Below are positions 55,378 to 64,000 of a stretch of DNA of 64,000 bases, piece after piece. The first letter of the stretch is position 1, and every line of letters begins with the position of its first letter. The notes beneath the pieces are model-generated. The model worked only from the letters and a program-made list of their open reading frames with translations. It did not search any database and had not been told where the DNA came from. The stretch is from Candidatus Binatia bacterium. Lineage in GTDB: Bacteria > Desulfobacterota > Binatia > DP-6. A program made the position numbers and the translations under genes. The DNA lies in assembly GCA_041496545.1 (NCBI GenBank), contig JBGQET010000003.1, forward strand, positions 21,208 to 85,207, in the 5' to 3' direction.

Positions 55378-56537
55378 TCACCTCGCAATAGAAGCGCGCC
55401 CGTCGGCACCATGTTGCCGCTCGTCGCGAGCGAGAGCCTGGCGCCCGCCAGCTGATTGAGCGACGTGCCGCGGATCTGGCGCGTCGCCTCGATGATGAGG
55501 TTGATGCCGTGGACGTACGCCTCGGAGAGGCTGCCGCCGCTCGTGTTCGTCGGCAGCCGGCCGCCGATCTCGAGGCCGTGGTCCTCGACGAAGGCGCCCG
55601 CCTCGCCGGGCTTGCAGAAGCCGTACTCCTCGAGCGAGGCGAGGACGAGCGGCGTGAAGGCGTCGTAGAGCTGCGCCACGGGGACGTCCTTCGGCTCGAC
55701 GCCCGCCATGCGCCAGAGGTCGCGCGCCGCGTACGCGCCGGGGGATTCCAGCAGCGGCTCCTTGAAGAAGTTGTTCATGGTGAAGTTGCGCGGTCCCATG
55801 CCCTGGGACGCGGCCATGATGTACGCGGGCTTCTGCTTGAGGTCGCGCGCCATCGCGGCGTCGGCGACGATCACCGCCGCGGCGCCGTCGGTCTCCAGGC
55901 AGCAGTCGAAGAGGCGCAGCGGGTCGGAGATGAAGCGCGCGTTGCGGTAGTCCTCGAGCGTGATGGGCTGGCGCATCATGGCGACGGGGTTGTTGCTCGC
56001 GTGACGGCGCATGGCGACGGCGATCCAGCCCAGGTGGTCGGTCGTGTAGCCGCGCTCGTGGAGGAAGCGGCGCGCGAACATCGCCACCTGGTCGGCGGGA
56101 CGGACGAAGCCGTAGGGGGCGAAGAACGCGGTCTCGTTTCCCTCCGCCGCGGAGTGGTCGCGCTCGCGCGACGTCCCGGCCCACGGCCGGCCGCCCGAGC
56201 CGCGGTTGCGCGAGCGGTAGACGAGCACGCAGCGCGCCATGCCCGCCGCGATCGCCGCCGCGGCGTGGCCGACGACGCCGCACCCGCCCCCGCCGCCGTA
56301 GCCCACCTCGCCGAAGAAGCGGAGGTTCGGCACACCGAGGTTCCGCGCGATGACGTTCTCCGACGTCACCTGGATGCTCCACTTCATCATGCCGTCGACG
56401 TCCGACGGCCGGAGCCCCGCGTCTTCGAGCGCCAATTTCGCGGCCTCGAGGGCGGTCACCTCCTCCGGGCGGCCGATGTCCTTCGAGAACGGAAGCTGCC
56501 CGATGCCGACGATCGCGGCCTTGTCCTTGAGCGACAC
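55374..56537 (-). CDS. thiolase-fold lipid-transfer protein (SCP2-type thiolase, Ltp-like)
   Basis: Thiolase fold with AIVGIGQ N-terminus and a C-terminal GH..GA.G region. Lacks the canonical biosynthetic thiolase Cys pattern. Pairs with DUF35. Confidence 0.85.
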   Translation of the reverse strand: MSLKDKAAIVGIGQLPFSKDIGRPEEVTALEAAKLALEDAGLRPSDVDGMMKWSIQVTSENVIARNLGVPNLRFFGEVGYGGGGGCGVVGHAAAAIAAGMARCVLVYRSRNRGSGGRPWAGTSRERDHSAAEGNETAFFAPYGFVRPADQVAMFARRFLHERGYTTDHLGWIAVAMRRHASNNPVAMMRQPITLEDYRNARFISDPLRLFDCCLETDGAAAVIVADAAMARDLKQKPAYIMAASQGMGPRNFTMNNFFKEPLLESPGAYAARDLWRMAGVEPKDVPVAQLYDAFTPLVLASLEEYGFCKPGEAGAFVEDHGLEIGGRLPTNTSGGSLSEAYVHGINLIIEATRQIRGTSLNQLAGARLSLATSGNMVPTGALLLRGD

Positions 56538-56571
56538 GCCGGGCGTCTTTAGCAGGCCGCGCGCGTGCCGG

Positions 56572-57909
56572 CTACAGCAGCGTGCCGCGAAGGAGCAGGC
56601 TCGCGACCGAGAAGTAGATGACGAGCCCCGTCACGTCCACCAGCGTGGCGACGAAGGGCGCGCACGCGCTCGCCGGGTCGAAGCCCAGGCGGCGGAGCAC
56701 GAACGGGAGGGCCGAGCCGGCGAGCGTCCCGAACGTCACCACGCCGATCAGGCTCCCTGCCACCGTGAACGCGATCAGCATGTAGTGCGTGCCGTAGGCG
56801 TGGAAGAGCGCCACCCAGGTGAGGATACGGACGAAGCCGATGAAGGCGAGGATCGAGCCGAGCGCCGCGCCCGCCGCCAGCTCGCGCCGGACGACGCGCC
56901 ACCAGTCTCGCAGGCGCACCTCGCCGAGCGCCATGGCGCGGATGACGAGCGTCGAGGCCTGCGAGCCGGAGTTGCCGCCACTCGAGATGATGAGCGGCAC
57001 GAAGAGCGCCAGCACGACGGCGCGCTCGATCTCGCGCTCGAAGAAGCCCATCGCGGTGGCGGTGAGCATCTCGCCCAGGAAGAGCGCCGAGAGCCAGCCC
57101 GCCCGCTTGCGCACCATCTCGAGGAACCCGACCTTCAGGTACGGCGCGCTCAGAACCTCGGTGCCGCCGAGCTTCTGGATGTCCTCGGTCGCTTCCTCCG
57201 AGACCGCGTGGACGATGTCGTCGACGGTGATGATGCCCTTCATCCGTCCCTCGCCGTCGACGACGGGGATCGCGATCAGGCGCGAGAGCGAGAACAGCCG
57301 GCCGACCTCCTCCTGGTCCGTCTGCTCGGTGACGGTGACGAGGTTCGTGCGCATGACGTCGCGCACGTGGGCGTTGGCGTCGGCGTCGAAGAACTCGCGG
57401 AACGAGACGACGCCGAGGAGGCGCTGGTCCGCGTCGAGGACGTAGGAGTAGTAGATGCTCTCGACGCGCTCGCGCCCCTGCTTGCGGAGATACGCGATTG
57501 CTTCGTCGACGGTCATGTCCGGCCGCACGCGCGCGAAGCGCGGGCTCATGAGCCCGCCGGCGTGGTCCTCGGCGTAGGCGAGGAGCCCGATCACCTCGTG
57601 GCGGGTCGGCTCGTCCAGGAGGCCGAGCAGCTCGGGGCGCGCGGCGTCGGGCGCCTCCTGCAGCAGGTCGGCCGCGTCGTCGGGCGGGAGGAGTCGCATC
57701 CACGAGCGGCGCTCGCCCTCGGGCAGCGACAGGACCAGGTCGCCCTGCTCCTGGGCGGGGAGCGCGAAGAAGAACTCCTCGGCTTCCGCTCGCGGCAGGA
57801 GCGAGAACCCTTCGACCCGCTCCTCGCGGGAGAGCACGGCCCAGACGTCGCGCAGCTCGGCGGCGGAGAAGCGCTCGGCGGATCCGGCCTGCTCGGCGGT
57901 TGAGATCAT
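56572..57909 (-). CDS. mgtE: magnesium transporter MgtE
   Basis: N-domain, tandem CBS domains, and a C-terminal 5-TM MgtE domain. Start at MISTAEQAG. Confidence 0.9.
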   Translation of the reverse strand: MISTAEQAGSAERFSAAELRDVWAVLSREERVEGFSLLPRAEAEEFFFALPAQEQGDLVLSLPEGERRSWMRLLPPDDAADLLQEAPDAARPELLGLLDEPTRHEVIGLLAYAEDHAGGLMSPRFARVRPDMTVDEAIAYLRKQGRERVESIYYSYVLDADQRLLGVVSFREFFDADANAHVRDVMRTNLVTVTEQTDQEEVGRLFSLSRLIAIPVVDGEGRMKGIITVDDIVHAVSEEATEDIQKLGGTEVLSAPYLKVGFLEMVRKRAGWLSALFLGEMLTATAMGFFEREIERAVVLALFVPLIISSGGNSGSQASTLVIRAMALGEVRLRDWWRVVRRELAAGAALGSILAFIGFVRILTWVALFHAYGTHYMLIAFTVAGSLIGVVTFGTLAGSALPFVLRRLGFDPASACAPFVATLVDVTGLVIYFSVASLLLRGTLL

Positions 57910-57994
57910 GACCGACTTCAACACCGTGACCCGGGGGGTTGGCAACCGCGCGCCGCGCTTGACCCGGCGCCCGGCGCATGGCTGAAGGGGCGGC

Positions 57995-58447
57995 ATGTCG
58001 AGACGCGCGCTCGTCCTCACCGCCCTTCTGGTGGCCGCGGCCCGCCCGGCGCTCGCGCACGACTGGAACGACGCCGGCATCAAGTGGCGGCCCTACGAGG
58101 AGGCGCTCGCCGCGGCGAAGAAGGAGAAGAAGCCGGTCTGCCTGATCGTCTTCACGGAATGGTGCCCGCACTGCAAGAACTACAGCGAGGTCTTCCACGA
58201 ACCGAAGGTGGTCGAGAAATCGAAGAAGTTCGTCATGGTCCACGTCGACAAGGACAAGAGCCCCGAGGTGTCGAAGCAGTACGCGGTCGACGGCGAGTAC
58301 ATCCCGCGGACGTACTTCCTCTCCTCGGCGGGCAAGGTGGATCCGTCGATCCACGCCCCGCGCGAAAAGTTCCAGTACTTCTACGACGAGAAGGAACCCG
58401 CGTCGGTGCTCGCCGGGATGGACGCGGCGCTCAAGAAGCTGAAGTGA
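57995..58447 (+). CDS. secreted thioredoxin-fold protein (TlpA/thiol-disulfide oxidoreductase-like)
   Basis: Signal peptide MSRRALVLTALLVAAARPALA. WCPHC active-site motif. Confidence 0.85.
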   Translation: MSRRALVLTALLVAAARPALAHDWNDAGIKWRPYEEALAAAKKEKKPVCLIVFTEWCPHCKNYSEVFHEPKVVEKSKKFVMVHVDKDKSPEVSKQYAVDGEYIPRTYFLSSAGKVDPSIHAPREKFQYFYDEKEPASVLAGMDAALKKLK

Positions 58448-58790
58448 GCGGTTCGTCGCCCGGGGAGGTACGCACCGCGGTCCAGCGCGCCAGCTCGACC
58501 TGGCCCGCCGGCGCCCCGCGCCGCTTGCCGACGTCGCGGCGCCGGGCGAGATGCACCGTCGTGCGACCGCCGCGCCGCGCCTTCGAGTGCCGGGCGGCGA
58601 GCGTGGCGGCGAAGCGGACGGTGTCGCGGGGCAGCCGCTCGAGACCGCCGGGGTTCCGCACCACGACGTGCGAGCCCGACGCGCCCGCGACGTGCAGCCA
58701 GAAGTCGTCGGGCGCGGCCAGCGCGAAGGTGAGGACGTCGTTGTCCGCGGCGGTCTTCCCGACCAGCACCACGAGCCCGTCCGGGGACAC
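58431..58790 (-). CDS. DUF814 (NFACT-R RNA-binding) domain protein
   Basis: VLVGKTAADNDVLTFALAAPDDFWLHVAGASGSHVVVRNP matches the DUF814 core (GxNAxxNDxL...DxWFHVxGxPGSHVV). The start (GTG 58790) is uncertain. The 3' end overlaps the convergent thioredoxin gene by 17 nt. Confidence 0.45.
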   Translation of the reverse strand: MSPDGLVVLVGKTAADNDVLTFALAAPDDFWLHVAGASGSHVVVRNPGGLERLPRDTVRFAATLAARHSKARRGGRTTVHLARRRDVGKRRGAPAGQVELARWTAVRTSPGDEPLTSAS

Positions 58791-58861
58791 GAAGCGGCGC
58801 GCGACGGCGCGCCCCTCGAAGAGCCCCGCGGCGGGGTCCGTCGGCCCGGCCGGCCGCCGCG

Positions 58862-60055
58862 TCAGCTCGCTTCCCGCTTGCGGTCGACGCGGTCGGACTG
58901 CTCGGCCGCGTGGTCCTGGATCGCCTTGCCGATCGCCTGCACCGCCGCGCCGATGAACGTACCGCGGTTCTCGGCCGCCCAGTCGCGGCTCCGCTCGAGA
59001 CGGGGGAGCGTCGACTGGAAGCGCGGCATGACGAAGCGCGCGAACAGCTCGTAGGAGCGTCGCGTGGCGTCGCGGTCGGCCCAGTCGTGCGCCATGAAGA
59101 GGTAGGTGCCGAAGCCGTTCGACTTGTCCCACAAGCGCTCGATCTGGCGCGCCGCGTCCTCGGGCGTGCCGATGACGCAGAGACCGCTCGCGTTTATGGC
59201 GTCGACCATGTCCTGGGTGTCACTCGCCTCGCCGACGAGCGGCAGCGCGGCGACGCGCTGGAAGTAGTCCACCCACGCGGGGAGGCCGAACTCGACCTCC
59301 TTGCGCGCCTGGTCCATGGTGGGCGCGAGGTGCATGGGGCCGACGAGCCGCCACTTGGCGCGCTCGACCGTCTGCCCGTACTCCGCCGCCCGCTCCTCCG
59401 CGATCGACCAGTGGTGGCCCAGCACGTCGAAGCCGCCCGTGGTGGTGGCACCGAGCGACAGGAGCCCGACGCCGTACTTCCCGGCCGCGCGCGCTCCGGC
59501 GGGCGACACCTGCGAGGCGACGGCCACCTCCATGTGGGGTCGCGAGTAGGGCTTCATGTGGAGGCGGGCGTCCTTCAGCTTGAACCAGTCGTACTCGCGC
59601 GTCACCGGCTCGTCGCTGCGCAGGAGCGCGAGGATCGCCTCGAGCGACTCGTCCATCATCTCACGTTGGCGCAGCGGGTCGATGCCCATCATGAAGGCGT
59701 CGGAGGGGAGCGCGCCGGGACCGACGCCGAACATCGCGCGGCCGAGGGTCAGGTGGTCGAGCAGCACCATGCGGTCGGCGAGGATGAGCGGGTGGTGGTA
59801 CGGCAGCGACGACACCCCCGTGCCGAGCCGGATGTGGCGCGTGCGCTCGGCCGCGCTCGCGATGAACACCTCGGGCGAGGCGATGATCTCGTAGCCGGCG
59901 GAGTGATGCTCGCCGATCCACGCCTCGTCGTACGAGAGGTGGTCGAGCCACTCGATCAGCTCGAGGTCCCGGCGCAGCGCGTAGGTGGGGTTCTCGCCGA
60001 TGCGGTGGAAAGGAGCCATGAAGATGCCGAAGCCGATCCGGTCGGGTGCGCTCAT
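58862..60055 (-). CDS. LLM-class flavin-dependent oxidoreductase (luciferase-like monooxygenase)
   Basis: IGFGIFMAPFH..., the EWLD...YDEAWIGEHH region typical of LLM TIM barrels. Start at MSAPDRIGFG. Confidence 0.85.
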   Translation of the reverse strand: MSAPDRIGFGIFMAPFHRIGENPTYALRRDLELIEWLDHLSYDEAWIGEHHSAGYEIIASPEVFIASAAERTRHIRLGTGVSSLPYHHPLILADRMVLLDHLTLGRAMFGVGPGALPSDAFMMGIDPLRQREMMDESLEAILALLRSDEPVTREYDWFKLKDARLHMKPYSRPHMEVAVASQVSPAGARAAGKYGVGLLSLGATTTGGFDVLGHHWSIAEERAAEYGQTVERAKWRLVGPMHLAPTMDQARKEVEFGLPAWVDYFQRVAALPLVGEASDTQDMVDAINASGLCVIGTPEDAARQIERLWDKSNGFGTYLFMAHDWADRDATRRSYELFARFVMPRFQSTLPRLERSRDWAAENRGTFIGAAVQAIGKAIQDHAAEQSDRVDRKREAS

Positions 60056-60143
60056 CGGACGAGTTGTAGGCGTCCCGGCCCGGCCCATGCAAGCGCGCCC
60101 TCGGGGGAGCGGCGGGCGCGTGCTATAGGCAGCGGCACCCGCC

Positions 60144-60527
60144 ATGGGGAACGGTCAGAAGATCGCATATCTCGCGGCCGCGGGCGCGCTCGGCACCCTC
60201 ACCCGCTACTGGCTCGGCGGCGTCGTGCAGCGCCTGCACGACGGCGCCTTCCCGTGGGGGACGCTGGCGGTGAACGCGCTCGGCTGCGTGCTCTTCGGCC
60301 TCGTCTGGACGCTCGCCGAGGAGCGCTTCCTCATCTCCGGCGAGACGCGCGCCATCGTCCTCATCGGCTTCATGGGCGCCTTCACCACGTTCTCCACCTA
60401 CGCGTTCGAGACGAGCGCCATGCTCCGCGACGCCGAGTGGGTGCTCGCCGCCGTAAACTTCGTCGCCCAGAACGTGCTCGGGTTCCTCGGCTTCTTCGCC
60501 GGCGCGGCGCTCGGGCGGCTCTTCTGA
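60144..60527 (+). CDS. crcB: fluoride efflux channel CrcB/FluC
   Basis: 127 aa, 4 TM. Conserved GxxGxxTTFSTF motif (GFMGAFTTFSTYAFE). Confidence 0.9.
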   Translation: MGNGQKIAYLAAAGALGTLTRYWLGGVVQRLHDGAFPWGTLAVNALGCVLFGLVWTLAEERFLISGETRAIVLIGFMGAFTTFSTYAFETSAMLRDAEWVLAAVNFVAQNVLGFLGFFAGAALGRLF

Positions 60528-60543
60528 TGATGGAGGACCTGCC

Positions 60544-60897
60544 ATGAAGCTTCCCGCCGAGGCCGAGCTGCTGCGCATCTTCATCGGCGAGAGTGACAAG
60601 CGCCACGGTCGCCCGCTCTACGAGGTGATCGTCGAGGAGGCGCGCCGCCGCGGCATGGCGGGCGCGACGGTGCTCCGCGGCACGCTCGGCTTCGGGGCCA
60701 ACAGCCGCATCCACACCGCGAAGATCCTCCGCCTCTCGGAGGATCTGCCGATGGTGGTCGAGATCGTCGACACGCCCGAGCGCATAGCGGCCTTCCTTCC
60801 GGAGCTCGACGCGATGATCGAAGAAGGGCTCGTGACGCTCGAGAAGGTCCGCTTGATCGCCTACCGTCACGCCGGCGCGCCGCCGGGCACGAGCTGA
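60544..60897 (+). CDS. DUF190 domain protein (crcB-associated)
   Basis: 117 aa, P-II-like DUF190 pattern (LLRIFIGESDKRHGRPLYEVIVEEARRRGMAGATVLRG..GFG). It sits 16 nt after crcB. This pairing is a recognised conserved neighbourhood. Confidence 0.85.
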   Translation: MKLPAEAELLRIFIGESDKRHGRPLYEVIVEEARRRGMAGATVLRGTLGFGANSRIHTAKILRLSEDLPMVVEIVDTPERIAAFLPELDAMIEEGLVTLEKVRLIAYRHAGAPPGTS

Positions 60898-60968
60898 GCG
60901 AGCGGGCAGCAGCGGACGGAGGCGGCAGAAGCTGCCGGCCCGCGGCCCGCCGCCGTGGCCGGCACCCG

Positions 60969-61766
60969 GTGGCACGCGTCCTGCTTCCCGCGAGCAGGAT
61001 GGGCGAGGCGCTCCACGCCGGCTACCTCGGCCGCTTCACGGTGAAGCTCGACCCGCGCTTCGCGATCGAGCAGCACGTGGCGACGTACGGCGCGTGGGAG
61101 CCGGAGACCCTCGACGTCATCGCCGCCTTCGTCGCCGCGGGCGACCACTGTGCCGACGTCGGCGCGAACGCCGGCTTCCACACCCTCGCGATGGCGAAGC
61201 AGAGCGGTCCAGCGGGCCGCGTCCTGGCTTTTGAACCGAACGGGCTCACCTACGGGCGGCTCACCGACAACGTGAACATGAACCCGGGACTGCGCGACCT
61301 CGTGCGCTGCGAGAAGATGGGCCTCGCGGAGCGCGACCGCGTGATGCACGTCTACCAGGACGGCGCGCACAACACGGGGAACGCGTACCTCGCCGCGACC
61401 GCCGCGCCGCTCCTCTCCGACGTCCCGCCCGACAGCTACGAGCTCTGCCTGGTCACCACCCTCGACGGCTACCTCGCCGGCGCCCGCCTCGACTTCATGA
61501 AGATCGACGTCGAGGGGATGGAGCACGCCGTGCTCGCGGGCGCCGCGCGCACGCTCGCGGCGTGGCACCCCACGGTGTGGTACGAGACGCACCTGGCGTG
61601 CTTCGACCACGACGGGATCCGGCGAGCGGAGACTCTGCTGCGCGCCGCCGGCTACGGCGTCTTCCGCGTCGGGACCGACGGCCGCCTCGAGCCGACGAGC
61701 TACCCCGACTACGCCGTCAACACGCTCGCCGTCCACCCGAGCCGGCTCGCCGTCACCCCGGCATAG
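60969..61766 (+). CDS. FkbM family methyltransferase
   Basis: DVGANAGFHTLAMA SAM-binding motif and the MKIDVEGMEHAVLAGA motif characteristic of FkbM-family MTases. Confidence 0.8.
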   Translation: MARVLLPASRMGEALHAGYLGRFTVKLDPRFAIEQHVATYGAWEPETLDVIAAFVAAGDHCADVGANAGFHTLAMAKQSGPAGRVLAFEPNGLTYGRLTDNVNMNPGLRDLVRCEKMGLAERDRVMHVYQDGAHNTGNAYLAATAAPLLSDVPPDSYELCLVTTLDGYLAGARLDFMKIDVEGMEHAVLAGAARTLAAWHPTVWYETHLACFDHDGIRRAETLLRAAGYGVFRVGTDGRLEPTSYPDYAVNTLAVHPSRLAVTPA

Positions 61767-61814
61767 CGCGTCTGCATCCTTGCCGCTCCGGCGGCGGGAC
61801 GATATGGTCCGCGC

Positions 61815-63587
61815 ATGATCGACTACCAGGCGTTCGACCGCGCGATCGGGCTCAACTGGTACGCGCTCGATCCGAACCTCCAGGCCGCGATGGACCGCCT
61901 GCTCGAGCCGGCGGACCGCGCCTGGGCCGAGGAGCGGCTCACCGAGATCGGCGGGCTCGCCGGCGGCCTCATCGCTGCGTCGGCCGAGGTGATCGACAAG
62001 AACACGCCGCGCCTCGAGCGCTACGACCGCTGGGGCGAGGAAACGAACCGCGTCGTGCACCATCCCGCGGCGCTCGCCGCCAAGCGCGCCTGCTGGGAGA
62101 GCGGCATGAGCGGCTCGCGGCTGCGTCGCGAGTCCCAGGAGCGCGGCCGGCCCTTCCCCGCCGTGGTCGGCGCGGCCGCCAACTACCTCCTCTGTCAGGC
62201 CGACACCGGCCTCGCCTGCGCCACCGGCATGACGAGCGGCGTGGTGGCGCTGGTCGAGCGCTTCGCGTCGCCCGAGGTGAAGGAGCGCCTCCTGCCGCGG
62301 CTCACCGCGCCCCGCTTCGACGACGCGTGGGACGGCGCGATGTTCATGACCGAGCGCACCGGCGGCTCGGACCTCGGCACGCTCACGACGACCGCCAAGG
62401 CGCGCCCCGACGGCACCTGGGCGCTCGACGGCTTCAAGTGGTTCTGCTCCAACATCGACGCCGCCGCGATCGCCACCCTCGCCCGCCCCGAGGGCGCGCC
62501 GGCGGGTGTGAAGGGCGTGGCCCTCTTCGTCGTCCCCCGCTGGCGCGCGGACGGCACGCCCAACGGCATCCGCATGCATCGCCTGAAGGACAAGCTCGGC
62601 ACCCGCACCGTGCCGACCGGCGAGGTCGACTTCGTCGACGCCGAGGCTTACCTCCTCGCCGGCGACGGAAACGGCGCGCGCGGCTCCGCCACCGACGGGC
62701 GCGGCATCAACCGCATGATGGAGATGGTCAACACCTCGCGCTTCGGCGTCGCCGGCATGGGGCTCGGGCTCATGCGACGCGCCTTCCTGGAGGCCGCCAT
62801 CTACGCCGCGCACCGCACCGCGTGGGGCAGGACGCTCGACGAGCACGCGCTCGTCCGCGAGACGCTGGTCCGCATGCTCGTCGACCTCGAAGCCGCGACG
62901 GCGCTCTTCTTCGCGGCCGCCCGCGCGATGGACCGGCGCGGCAGCGGCGTCGCACGGCTCCTCGTCCCGCTCGTCAAGTTCCGCGCCACGCGCCAGGGCA
63001 TCGAGCTCTGCTCGCAGGCGGTCGAGATGCTGGGCGGCAACGGCTACGTCGAGGACTGGCCCACCGCCCGCCTCCTCCGCGAAGCGCAGTGCCACACCAT
63101 CTGGGAGGGCACGGAGAACATCATCTGCCTCGACGTGCTGCGCGCGCTGCGCGTCGAGGGGACGGCGCAGGCGCTCCTCGGCCGCGTCACGAGCGCGATC
63201 CGCGACGCCGGCCATCGACTCCTCGACCGCCCCCGCGGCATGGTGGGCGAAGCGGCGCAGCGTCTCGAGCGGCTCCTCGCGCAGATCGCCGGCCTCGACC
63301 GCACCGGCGCCGAGTACAGGGCCCGCACGCTCACCCACCGTCTCACCGACCTGATCCAGGGTGCGCTCCTCCTCGAGGAAGCGGAGTGGGAGCTCGCCAC
63401 CCGCGGCTCGGCGCGGAAAGCCGTCGTCGCGACGCTCTTCTGCGGGCGCCGCCTGGCGACGGATGCCGACGCGACGGCGGCCGCAGAAGAGCAGGCGTGC
63501 CGGACGCTCTTCGCGCCGCTGGTCCGCTACGGCACCATCGCGCCGGCCGGCGCAGAGCCCGTCGCCCGGCTCGACCCGCACGCCTGA
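61815..63587 (+). CDS. acyl-CoA dehydrogenase family protein (AidB-like)
   Basis: 590 aa with an extended N-terminus and ACAD middle/C domains (GGNGYVEDWPTARLLREAQ...IWEGT). Resembles AidB/ACAD10-11-type enzymes. Confidence 0.85.
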   Translation: MIDYQAFDRAIGLNWYALDPNLQAAMDRLLEPADRAWAEERLTEIGGLAGGLIAASAEVIDKNTPRLERYDRWGEETNRVVHHPAALAAKRACWESGMSGSRLRRESQERGRPFPAVVGAAANYLLCQADTGLACATGMTSGVVALVERFASPEVKERLLPRLTAPRFDDAWDGAMFMTERTGGSDLGTLTTTAKARPDGTWALDGFKWFCSNIDAAAIATLARPEGAPAGVKGVALFVVPRWRADGTPNGIRMHRLKDKLGTRTVPTGEVDFVDAEAYLLAGDGNGARGSATDGRGINRMMEMVNTSRFGVAGMGLGLMRRAFLEAAIYAAHRTAWGRTLDEHALVRETLVRMLVDLEAATALFFAAARAMDRRGSGVARLLVPLVKFRATRQGIELCSQAVEMLGGNGYVEDWPTARLLREAQCHTIWEGTENIICLDVLRALRVEGTAQALLGRVTSAIRDAGHRLLDRPRGMVGEAAQRLERLLAQIAGLDRTGAEYRARTLTHRLTDLIQGALLLEEAEWELATRGSARKAVVATLFCGRRLATDADATAAAEEQACRTLFAPLVRYGTIAPAGAEPVARLDPHA

Positions 63588-63590
63588 GCC

Positions 63591-63974
63591 ATGGCGGCCA
63601 CCGACCTCGACGCCCGCCTGAAGGTCGCCAACCGGCGCTGGCACTGCCGTATCACGACGCGCGGCCGGCGCACCGGGAAGCCCCACTCGGTCACCATCTG
63701 GTTCCTCGTCGACGGCCCGCGGCTCTACCTGGGAACGATGAACGCCAAGCGCGACTGGGTGCGGAACGTCGCCAAGAACCCCGAAGCCGAGTTCGAGATC
63801 GGCGACCTGCGGCTCCGCGGGCGCGTCGTTCCCATCACCGACCCGGCGGCCGAGCCACCGCACATCCAGGAAAACTTCTACCGCAAGTATTTCGTCGCCC
63901 GCATCGGGTCGTGGTTCGGCGTCCGGCCCGAGCGGATGTTCCGCGTCGACGGGGTCACGCCCGTCGGCGGCTGA
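63591..63974 (+). CDS. nitroreductase-family deazaflavin-dependent oxidoreductase (DUF385/FDOR-A-like)
   Basis: The ITTRGRRTGKPHSVTIWF motif is typical of F420H2-dependent FDOR/DUF385 split-barrel proteins. 127 aa. Confidence 0.8.
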   Translation: MAATDLDARLKVANRRWHCRITTRGRRTGKPHSVTIWFLVDGPRLYLGTMNAKRDWVRNVAKNPEAEFEIGDLRLRGRVVPITDPAAEPPHIQENFYRKYFVARIGSWFGVRPERMFRVDGVTPVGG

Positions 63975-63989
63975 CGAGGAGGACGACCA

Positions 63990-64000
63990 TGAACGTCCGG
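63990..64000 (+). CDS. start of an unidentified CDS running off the window
   Basis: GAGGAGG RBS 6 nt before ATGAACGTCCGG. Only 11 nt are visible. Confidence 0.3.

Noticed and set aside
60056-60143. Fluoride riboswitch expected upstream of crcB
   Set aside because: I could not find the conserved GAUGG...AACCGCC...CUAAUGA core by eye. I did not call an ncRNA.
60867-63863. 998-aa minus-strand ORF
   Set aside because: It is antisense to the FkbM, AidB-like ACAD and FDOR genes, which all have clear family signatures on the + strand.

Overview
This is a very GC-rich (roughly 70% or more), densely packed bacterial chromosomal region. Several proteins carry Myxococcus-type cysteine-rich repeats, so it is probably a Myxococcota-like genome. 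I call about 58 protein-coding genes, many joined by ATGA/GTGA/TGATG start-stop overlaps that suggest operons. I found no rRNA, tRNA, CRISPR array, transposase or integrase.

The content is mostly housekeeping and accessory metabolism:
- Enzymes: nadE, infA, clpS-clpA, mgtE, crcB plus a DUF190 gene, gluQ, SDRs, alpha/beta hydrolases, acyl-CoA dehydrogenases and a ligase, CoA transferase, LLM and FDOR flavin/deazaflavin families, a SagB-type dehydrogenase, nitroreductase, a ROK kinase, amidohydrolase, and a B12-radical SAM enzyme.
- A periplasmic redox module with a TAT-exported GMC oxidoreductase.

The most unusual stretch is a roughly 10 kb minus-strand island of four very large secreted proteins (29.9 to 40.1 kb):
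- Two paralogous giant Thr-linker/Cys-rich proteins with a novel repeated N-terminal module.
- A parallel beta-helix protein coupled to a 1050-aa Cys-rich repeat protein.

Other noteworthy items:
- A second secreted protein built from nine 6-Cys repeats.
- A cytochrome c fused to a carboxypeptidase-regulatory domain and a Vgb-like beta-propeller, divergent from a GMC dehydrogenase that lacks its usual cytochrome subunit.
- A 54-bp in-frame tandem duplication in an SDR gene.
- Several strong palindromes and hairpins.

The extreme GC content produces many long spurious antisense ORFs, which I rejected.
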